Of a stretch of DNA of 64,000 nt, positions 8,720 to 15,958 are shown in pieces (the first letter of the stretch is position 1; each line of letters begins with the position of its first letter). The stretch is from contig OZ218778.1 in the NCBI GenBank assembly GCA_965112635.1, positions 2,720,001 to 2,784,000 of the forward strand. Direction: 5' to 3'. The DNA comes from an uncultured bacterium. GTDB taxonomy: Bacteria > Oederibacteriota > Oederibacteriia > Oederibacteriales > Oederibacteriaceae. The notes below the pieces were generated by a model. It made no database searches, had not been told where the DNA came from, and was given only the letters and a program-made list of their open reading frames with translations. The position numbers and the translations under genes were made by a program.

Positions 8720-9844
8720 ATGGAAGAAAAGTATAAAGGTAAAAAATTCCGCTTGACCATCACCGGAAGCAATGCCGGGATCGTGGAAGGCGCCCACCTG
8801 AAAGCCATTAAACGGATCCCAGAGATCGAGATCGTGGGCATGATGGACGTCAATGCCGAGCAAGGGAAAGCCAGGGCCGCTGAGAACCACTGCCCTTTTT
8901 TTACGGACCATAAAAAAATGCTCCTGGAAACCAGGCCGGATATCGACGTAGTCGCCACTCCCCATCCTTTCCACCCCGCTCAGGTCATCGAGTCCCTGCA
9001 GGCCGGGGCTCATGTCCTGACCGAAAAACCCATGGGCATTCAGGTCGCGGAAGCTGACGCCATGATCGAGGCTGCGGACAAGGCCAAAAAACTGCTGGCC
9101 GTGAACTTCCAGTCCCGCTTCTTCCCCTTTGTGGAAAATGCCAGGGCTTTGATCTCTTCCGGCTTCACCGGCCCGCTTCTCCGAATGCTCTGCGTGGAGC
9201 CCCATTACCGGCCGGCTGTCTATTTCCAGATGTCCCCCTGGCGGGGCTCCTGGACCGGAGAGGGAGGCGCCGTGCTCCTCAACCAGTCTCCCCATACCAT
9301 GGATGTGATGTGCCACCTGGCAGGCTTCCCCAAAAAAGTCACGGGTAAGGTCCAGCGTCGTATCCAGAAAATAGATTGCGAAGATACGGCCCAGGCTTTG
9401 CTGGAGTTCGAGAACGGTGCTCCGGGCTTTTTTTCCACCAGCACCGTGGAGTTGGGTTTGGAACGGCAGATCCAGGTGGTCGGCGACAAGGGCGGCATCC
9501 AGATCAGGGGCAACAAGCTGCAGACCTATAAATTTGTGCCTTCGCTGTCCGAACACCGCAAGACCGCTGACGAGCCTTTTAGTTCACCGGAGATGGAGAT
9601 GGAAAACCCGCAATCCCCCGACCCTGACCCAATCGCCCACTATCCCGTGTATCAGGACCTTTTGAACGCGATCGTGGAAAACCGCCAGCCCCGTTGCAAC
9701 GGCCGCGAGGGCAGGATGTCCCTGGAACTGGCCAACGCCATCGTGCTTTCCAGTTTCCTCGGCGAAACCGTGACCCTGCCTTTGGACCGCCAGGCCTATT
9801 CCAAGCTGTTAAAAGAACTCCAAACAGGAAAAAAGAAGCTGTAA
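8720..9844 (+). CDS. Gfo/Idh/MocA family oxidoreductase
   Basis: ATPH..H, HVLTEKP, GGAVLLNQSPHTMD, EDTA motifs; ATG 8720 after GGAGG. Confidence 0.93.
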   Translation: MEEKYKGKKFRLTITGSNAGIVEGAHLKAIKRIPEIEIVGMMDVNAEQGKARAAENHCPFFTDHKKMLLETRPDIDVVATPHPFHPAQVIESLQAGAHVLTEKPMGIQVAEADAMIEAADKAKKLLAVNFQSRFFPFVENARALISSGFTGPLLRMLCVEPHYRPAVYFQMSPWRGSWTGEGGAVLLNQSPHTMDVMCHLAGFPKKVTGKVQRRIQKIDCEDTAQALLEFENGAPGFFSTSTVELGLERQIQVVGDKGGIQIRGNKLQTYKFVPSLSEHRKTADEPFSSPEMEMENPQSPDPDPIAHYPVYQDLLNAIVENRQPRCNGREGRMSLELANAIVLSSFLGETVTLPLDRQAYSKLLKELQTGKKKL

Positions 9845-9945
9845 CATCTGGCATTCATCCCCAGCCCTTTAAAGGCGGGAACACACTAAAACGCGTGGCC
9901 ATGAGGACGTGAATGCCAGCCGGAGCCCCGAAATCATGAGGCAAA

Positions 9946-10210
9946 GTGGGTCCCCCACGGGCACAGCCCGTGGCTCCCACAAAACATTCAGCCCGCCTCC
10001 GGCGGACTGACCAAAGGAGTAACCTCCTTTGGAATCCTCTCGGAGAGGGTTGATTGGTCTGAATGACCAATCAACGGGCACATTCCTTTGTTCCTTATGA
10101 AGGAGTGCCCAGGATATAATTGTATGTACTATCGTTTTTTCATCCACGGGCAGAGCTCGCCTAGTCGGCGAAGCGACTGGCCCGTGGTCTTCGAAACGCT
10201 GATCCGATAA
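9946..10210 (-). repeat. Non-coding palindromic element (REP/PATE-like), copy B, inverted relative to copy A
   Basis: Same terminal hairpins (9955-9973; 10144-10187) and same core as 6045-6242, with extra internal hairpins at 10049-10075 and 10076-10110. Confidence 0.8.
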
Positions 10211-10599
10211 GCCCAATCCGCAGTTGTCATAGCTGTTGTCATAAAACCTATTGCAAAATAAGCTTTTTACATAGTTGTCCTCAACATTCAGGTCGAAAAA
10301 CCAGCTTAATATTTATGCCCCACTTTTATACACGAACTTTTTAGGCATGATTTTGTCCTTATTAAATAAGGAGATTTATACACGAACTCCAAAAGGTGCA
10401 CAATTATTTATGTCACATTTCGGGTCCGCTGTCCCCCAACCAGCGAGACCCGCGCCGAAGCCAAGGGTGTACTTCGGCAGGTATGCCACTATGTGCCCCA
10501 ACCCTGGCAAATCCACCCCACATTATTCTTATAAAATAAGGTGAGCTATTTTTGATAGAATACCCTTATAAAACAATGACTTTAGCCCGGAGAGGTGAT

Positions 10600-11298
10600 A
10601 TGCCACTATTTGATCCCAGTTTGCCGGAAGAATTTAAGACGGGCACGATGCTCGACGAGTACATGATCATCTATAAAGGGGTCATGCTGCAGGGCAAGAT
10701 ACTCACCCAGTTTGGCGAATATAAGGAGATTCTCACAGAAGCATCCGGTGACTTTCAGCGGAAATTTAAAATAGGCCAGCCCGGAGGACTTACAGACGGT
10801 CTTTTTATGACCTGGCTCCATCTTGATTTTCGTTTTGGTAAGACACAGGAGACGATTTGTGAACGTTTTCTTCAAGAACAAGGCAGTAAGCTCAATCACC
10901 CTGGACCGACCTGCCTTCGTCACCTAGCGGACAGCTACTGTACTCTCTATCAGCTCAAATCCTACCGTGATGAAAGGATCGTTTTTGAGGAAATTATGAC
11001 AGGAAAAGAATGGACTATCATTCGGGTGAACGAGCCCTTTGAGCTAAAGGTCGTCCCAGGGAATATTTGGTATGTCAGGCTTGTTGGTACTCCAGAGCAG
11101 GCTTTTGTTTTTATCGCACCCTTTATCTTTCCCGCAGAAGCGAAAGATGATCTGGTTAAGTTAGTCAGAGTGATGCGGAAAGATTACGAGGCATATGTAC
11201 AAAAGACGAAAATGGCACCAGAAAATATATTCAAGAATTTCAGCAAAGCCTCACTAATGGCTTGGGCTGAATATCTAATGTTAGGGAAAAAGAGTTAA
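10600..11298 (+). CDS. Hypothetical protein resembling the domain often associated with SEC-C motif proteins
   Basis: Long ORF; ATG 10600 after GAGGTG; S..TLYQ...EEIMTG.EW.I...PG.IW..R pattern; no SEC-C cysteines present. Confidence 0.65.
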   Translation: MPLFDPSLPEEFKTGTMLDEYMIIYKGVMLQGKILTQFGEYKEILTEASGDFQRKFKIGQPGGLTDGLFMTWLHLDFRFGKTQETICERFLQEQGSKLNHPGPTCLRHLADSYCTLYQLKSYRDERIVFEEIMTGKEWTIIRVNEPFELKVVPGNIWYVRLVGTPEQAFVFIAPFIFPAEAKDDLVKLVRVMRKDYEAYVQKTKMAPENIFKNFSKASLMAWAEYLMLGKKS

Positions 11299-11505
11299 GG
11301 AGCGGGATCCGTTCGCTAAGAGCTTACGCCGCTAAACCGTTAATCTGCTCATGCCATCTATTGCCGATTTGTATCAGCAATGAATCAATTTGCGACGATA
11401 CATTTTGATACATATTCCGAATGCTGCGAAGGGCATAGGATAGTAAAAGCAAGAAAACCCTTAAAATACAAGCTAATTTAAAGCCCTTAATATCTATATG
11501 TATTA

Positions 11506-11533
11506 TTGACAAATGTTAAAGATTTTATAAAAT
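11506..11533 (+). promoter_or_regulatory. Sigma70-type promoter
   Basis: TTGACA (11506-11511), 16-bp spacer, TAAAAT (11528-11533); predicted TSS near 11540, at the start of the riboswitch-like motif. Confidence 0.7.
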
Positions 11534-11540
11534 TAACTCC

Positions 11541-11626
11541 TCATTGAAAAAGCCGACTCTGCTGAAAGGCTGAGTGGGAGAGCTATCCTCCCTGAAAGAC
11601 AGGGGAACAAGGGGCATACCGATGGA
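11541..11626 (+). ncRNA. Candidate c-di-GMP-I (GEMM-I)-like riboswitch, copy 2
   Basis: P1 TCATTG/CGATGG; AAAAGCCG-ACTCTGCT(GAAA)GGCTGAGT-GGGAGAGCTA; P3 CCCTG/CAGGG; ACAAGGGGCATACCGATGG 3' end resembles the Vc2 3' end GGGGTTACCGATGG. Confidence 0.65.
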
Positions 11627-12509
11627 ACAAAGAAAAGTTAAGGCCAAAATTCCTTCCAAATCAGTTTGCTTCCCCAAAAACCAAAGCCAAGACACAAGAA
11701 CATTCACCGCAAAAACTATCACATCTGTTTTGATCCTTCTTTTTTCCGTCTTCTATATTTATAGACCGTCCGTTGCCCAGACGCAGGATGAGCAGGAGAC
11801 GCAACAAATAGTAAGCCAGATCCAAACCAACCAGAACAAAATCCAAACACTCCAAGCGGATGTCACGGTGGACCACACCATAAACTCAAAGACCAAAACC
11901 TTACGCTATCACTTTGGGATTGACCTGAAGAATATGCGGATACATGTGCAGATGCTGAACGGGCTGACCCCTATAGATGTTATCGTTGATGGGACAGATA
12001 TATCTATAAAAGGGAAAGACGGGATGTGGCGCAAAAAGGAGCAGTCGGCAAAGACAAAAGAGGTACTCAAGAATATGTTAGGAGAGAATTTTAATGGTTC
12101 GATAAACTCACCACAGGGCAAGCAGGACATGAAGGATATAACCAAGAATTATGAGATCAAAAGGAACAGGAGTGCGGATGGGTGGCTTGCGTCATTCGGC
12201 AACAACAGGGCAGTAGATTTTGTGCCGAAAGGGAAACCCTTCGGCGGAGCTCAGGGCGGGCAAAAAATGTTTGCCCGAAAAACAGCGTGGATAGACCGCA
12301 ACACAGGCGTCACCATGGAGTCGGCTGTTTATGATGAAAATGGGAAGGAAATCGTACACCATAAGACAAAGAGAGTAGATACGATAAATAACTGCAACCT
12401 TGCGACAGAGACAGAGAGCGACAGCCAGACACCCCAAGGAAAAATCCACAGCCATAGAGTTATGCAAAATGTATTTATAAACCAAGACATAAGCGGGGAG
12501 TTTAAGTAG
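11622..12509 (+). CDS. Exported protein, LolA-like/outer-membrane lipoprotein-sorting fold
   Basis: Hydrophobic signal/anchor; IQTLQADVTV start and TAWID...TG....AVYDENGKE pattern typical of LolA-like proteins; ATG 11622 after AAGGGG. Confidence 0.65.
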   Translation: MEQRKVKAKIPSKSVCFPKNQSQDTRTFTAKTITSVLILLFSVFYIYRPSVAQTQDEQETQQIVSQIQTNQNKIQTLQADVTVDHTINSKTKTLRYHFGIDLKNMRIHVQMLNGLTPIDVIVDGTDISIKGKDGMWRKKEQSAKTKEVLKNMLGENFNGSINSPQGKQDMKDITKNYEIKRNRSADGWLASFGNNRAVDFVPKGKPFGGAQGGQKMFARKTAWIDRNTGVTMESAVYDENGKEIVHHKTKRVDTINNCNLATETESDSQTPQGKIHSHRVMQNVFINQDISGEFK

Positions 12510-12554
12510 AAAAGAAATCAATATAAAAGTAGAAAATTTTAAGGAGGTCAGGAT

Positions 12555-13379
12555 ATGGGGAAGAAAACATTGTTTTATTTTTTAATTTCATTTCTTTTAG
12601 TGTTTGTTGGAATGGCAAGTAATGGTGAAATTCAAGCCGCAAGTAAGAAGCAAGTCCTGCCCCCTACTTCTTTGTCCGGACAAGCGCCTGAGGATATAGG
12701 GGGGATAGACCCTGGAGAAAAAAACGACAAGCAAGTATGGATTCAATTAATTCATAATTCTGGAACATCTACACATCCCCTTTTTTGTATTCAATCCTTG
12801 ATAGGTGAGGGTGATGAAAGAACCTTGGAGTATATAAAGTTTGTTTTGATTCAAAGTGGTATTGAGCAAAGCGATGAAAATATCAATTTGTTGAATAATC
12901 TTGCGCATACTATGGCGAAGTATTGGGTTTGCATCGGTGGGGTGGATAGAAATCCAACATATTATGAGCCCTTTATAAAAACCTATCAAAAGGAACTTGA
13001 CGATATGACAGAAAGGTTTTTTAAAAAGTTTAACCGCAAAGAAAGAGTGCGCCTATATTGTGTGATTGAGTGGTTTAGTTTAGCAGAAGGTGCCCTTAAG
13101 AAGGCTGTAGCAGTGAGACAAAAAGAAAAAATTGGGCTCTCGGATGTAAACTCTCGCACTATTGATTTATTAAATAAAAGGTTTCCAAATAATAATCAAC
13201 AAGTAATAAAGGATTTTTTAGACACAGTTTCCTATGTCAGGCCGATACCTTATCCTAAGGGGCACCCCAATCGTCATGAGACAGATAAATATGTTATGGA
13301 AAAAAAGAAGGAACGCTCTGAATTCTTAAGGAACCTTAAAACCTTTGACCACTTCAAGGCCCTAAAAACGGAGAAATAA
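12555..13379 (+). CDS. Secreted hypothetical protein
   Basis: AAGGAGG RBS; N-terminal signal peptide; no recognisable motif. Confidence 0.75.
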   Translation: MGKKTLFYFLISFLLVFVGMASNGEIQAASKKQVLPPTSLSGQAPEDIGGIDPGEKNDKQVWIQLIHNSGTSTHPLFCIQSLIGEGDERTLEYIKFVLIQSGIEQSDENINLLNNLAHTMAKYWVCIGGVDRNPTYYEPFIKTYQKELDDMTERFFKKFNRKERVRLYCVIEWFSLAEGALKKAVAVRQKEKIGLSDVNSRTIDLLNKRFPNNNQQVIKDFLDTVSYVRPIPYPKGHPNRHETDKYVMEKKKERSEFLRNLKTFDHFKALKTEK

Positions 13380-13382
13380 GTT

Positions 13383-14060
13383 GTGAGACGATTGCAGTTT
13401 TGTATCACTTGCATTTTATTACTTTTAATGCAAATTGCAGGCGCTGATAATTCACCATTTATTGTTACTGCTACTACCAATCCTATGTCTGGCTCAACCA
13501 TAACAAATATATTCTACGTTGCTCTTCCGTTTACAAAAACGAAAGATGATACAACGACAGTATTTGGGATACCTAATTATTCAAACCCGCAAGAGGTTGT
13601 TTTGAAAAGGGTGATAGTTAGTTATAAAGATTCAAATAATCATATTTTAAGTGTTATTGCGCCGATAAAAGATGCTGGGCCGTGGAATATTTTTGATAAT
13701 TATTGGTTAGATAATTCAAAGAGAGACAGAAATGGATTTAAGGTTTTTATTAGTCCTTCTCCTAATTCTACTGATATTCAAAATAACTGTAATGTGTCTG
13801 TTACTACTGGCCCAGTGCCTGATGAGAATGTCCCCGAGGCGGAAGCAGCATTCCCTCGCTTATTAACATCTTTTCATCTGGGCTATAGCGCATCTAAACC
13901 AGGGGACCCTAAAAATCCGGCAACATATTGTAATTTAAATTGTGACTGCCCTGTTAATCACATAAATTTTTTGAGATTTGATGGAACGAATATTCAACCC
14001 GGGACACAACAACAAACAAATGGAGTAAAGTTTGGTCGAATCCAACTGATGTTGCCATGA
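13383..14060 (+). CDS. Secreted protein with RlpA/DPBB-like domain, probably truncated
   Basis: Signal peptide; FYVALP...API.DAGPWN..DNYW motif; ends about 30 nt before the transposase inverted repeat. Confidence 0.6.
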   Translation: MRRLQFCITCILLLLMQIAGADNSPFIVTATTNPMSGSTITNIFYVALPFTKTKDDTTTVFGIPNYSNPQEVVLKRVIVSYKDSNNHILSVIAPIKDAGPWNIFDNYWLDNSKRDRNGFKVFISPSPNSTDIQNNCNVSVTTGPVPDENVPEAEAAFPRLLTSFHLGYSASKPGDPKNPATYCNLNCDCPVNHINFLRFDGTNIQPGTQQQTNGVKFGRIQLMLP

Positions 14061-14091
14061 CGCAAATTGATACAGCGGGAAAAATATAGGG

Positions 14092-15000
14092 AATCGGGGT
14101 CAGGTCTTCACATATCAGTTTTGCTTCTCTCTGTGCCGCCTGACCCTCATGCTTACCGTTGTATAATGCACGCCTAAATGCCTCGCCACTTCTACCATCT
14201 TATATCCCTCTTTAACGCCCTCATCAATCTCCGCGGCTGTCCCGCCTTGCTTAAATATCTCAGCCAAACCTTTTCTCAAAGGTCTCTTGTGTGCTTGCGG
14301 TATCTCCCTCTGCCTCTCATTGATCTTATGCTTCCGGATAAAAGCCTCGCTCCCATAGTAGATCTGCCCGGTCAGCTTTTCCCAGGGGCTTTCCTTTAGC
14401 CCGATTCCCTCCCTGACAAACTCCTTATACCGTTTTACCGACTCCCGCCTGTTATTCCCGAACTGTTCCAGGATCCATTTCCCGTCCATCCAACCCAGCC
14501 GGTGCTGCGGTTTCAAAGTCCCCCGGTAACTGCTCCACCTGTATTGTTCCGGCCTTTCCACCATCTTCGCTCTCACCGGGTTTAGCACCACATACCGGCA
14601 CAGCTCTAATGAATGCGCCCCTTTTTCCACATGAATAGCCTTATACCTGCCCTGGAATAAATGCCCCACCCGACTATGCTCATGGTTAAAGGATTGCGTA
14701 TAGACCCCGTTGAGATGCCGCATCCCCTGCGAAAGGCTGGCTTCTCTGGTCTCGATCAGTAAATGATAGTGGTTGCTCATCAGGCAATAGGCGTGGCAGT
14801 TCCAGGAATAACGGGAAAGGGTCTCAGCCAGAACAAGCAAAAACTTCTTCCGGTCAGCATCATTAAAATATATTTTTTGCCGTCCGTTGCCCCGGCTCGT
14901 GATGTGGTAAACAGCTCCCTCATATTGCAATCTCAATGGTCTCGTCATAGTTCAACATCCTATCATGCTAAACCTTATATGTGAAGACCTGACCCCAATT
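14092..15000. mobile_element. Y1-transposase element bounded by inverted repeats
   Basis: GGGGTCAGGTCTTCACATAT (14096-14115) and exact reverse complement (14977-14996); extends to 24 bp with 1 mismatch. Confidence 0.8.
14115..14948 (-). CDS. REP-associated tyrosine transposase-like (Y1/HUH) with C-terminal HTH
   Basis: YHITSRGN, YCLMSNHYHLL (HUH), GHLFQGRYK, YVVLNPVRA, WSSY; C-terminal EVARHLGVHYTTVS. Confidence 0.93.
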   Translation of the reverse strand: MTRPLRLQYEGAVYHITSRGNGRQKIYFNDADRKKFLLVLAETLSRYSWNCHAYCLMSNHYHLLIETREASLSQGMRHLNGVYTQSFNHEHSRVGHLFQGRYKAIHVEKGAHSLELCRYVVLNPVRAKMVERPEQYRWSSYRGTLKPQHRLGWMDGKWILEQFGNNRRESVKRYKEFVREGIGLKESPWEKLTGQIYYGSEAFIRKHKINERQREIPQAHKRPLRKGLAEIFKQGGTAAEIDEGVKEGYKMVEVARHLGVHYTTVSMRVRRHREKQN

Positions 15001-15004
15001 ATAT

Positions 15005-15041
15005 AAAAAAAGGGAAGACCTGGTTGGTCTTCCCTTTTTTT
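15005..15041 (-). terminator. Rho-independent terminator (bidirectional)
   Basis: AAAAAAAGGGAAGACC-TGGTT-GGTCTTCCCTTTTTTT. Confidence 0.85.
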
Positions 15042-15052
15042 GTCTTTAAAGT

Positions 15053-15895
15053 TCAAGCTTTGGCGTACACTTCCTCGAACACCCGGCAATATTTCCTGAA
15101 AACTTCCTTGGGGTCGCTCACTGGGTCGGCTTCCTTGGCCGCATGGGCTACCGAAGAGATATGAGGCTCCATAGTGTACCACCCGTCATACCCGCTCTTT
15201 TTCAGCATGGAAACGATCTCCGGGATCCGGCCCAGGCCTTCCCCGGGGAACACCGCCCTGCACCCATGGTCCCCGGCCGGGTCCTTTACATAATCCTTGA
15301 TATGGATATGGATGACCTCATGCTTGACCGCTTGATAAAATTCCATGACATCCCCGCCGTGGTGGGTAGGATTACCGGTATCAAAAATAAGTTTGAAAGA
15401 TTTGCTCTTGACCGCCTCGACCATGGCCAAAGTCCCCTCCGGGGTTTCCCCGTAACCCGAGCAGTTCTCATGAGCCAGGATCACTCCCCCGTCCTCGGCC
15501 ATGCGGCATAATTCCTTCATCCTCCTGATGACCTCTTCGCGCCATTGCTTTTCCGGCAGATTGTCATTGGGATAGCTCATGACCCGGACCAGCTTGGTCC
15601 CGGTCTGGTGCATCCGGGGTATGATGCGCTGGAGCTCTTCGGTATCCTTTTTAAAATCCGCGGTAACGGGCCTGGACCAGTTGGCGATCTGGCTCCCGTA
15701 GCACACGATCTTGATACCCGCCTTGTCCAGCTGGCCCTTTATGTTTTTGAACTCCTCCTCGCTCACGTCGTCAAAATGAACGCCGGAACGGATATTCCTG
15801 GTCTCTATCCCGTTCCAGCCGACCTCCTTGAGGAACGCGATCTGCCCCTCGATATTCGGCGACGCCTCATCCGTAAACCCGGCAAACTTGTTCAT
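15053..15895 (-). CDS. Sugar phosphate isomerase/epimerase (xylose isomerase-like TIM barrel)
   Basis: GFTDE, LAHEN, FDTGN, HIHIKD, GEG, MEPH motifs. Confidence 0.92.
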   Translation of the reverse strand: MNKFAGFTDEASPNIEGQIAFLKEVGWNGIETRNIRSGVHFDDVSEEEFKNIKGQLDKAGIKIVCYGSQIANWSRPVTADFKKDTEELQRIIPRMHQTGTKLVRVMSYPNDNLPEKQWREEVIRRMKELCRMAEDGGVILAHENCSGYGETPEGTLAMVEAVKSKSFKLIFDTGNPTHHGGDVMEFYQAVKHEVIHIHIKDYVKDPAGDHGCRAVFPGEGLGRIPEIVSMLKKSGYDGWYTMEPHISSVAHAAKEADPVSDPKEVFRKYCRVFEEVYAKA

Positions 15896-15958
15896 CTTCC
15901 TCTCCCTTCTAAAGATTTAAAGGTATTATACCAAACCATTTTACGGCCTAGAACTACT

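Noticed and set aside
10391-10418. Possible dif site (TTATGTCACAT resembles the XerD arm)
   Set aside because: No XerC arm at the required 6-bp spacing
11324-11512. ORF ending INGLAA* as a tmRNA tag or small gene
   Set aside because: No tRNA-like tmRNA ends seen; overlaps the promoter region; at most a gene remnant
11551-11584. Glycine, lysine or SAM-I riboswitch (GCCGA and GGAGAG words)
   Set aside because: Motif order and other conserved elements do not match; downstream genes are unrelated; the GEMM-I layout fits better
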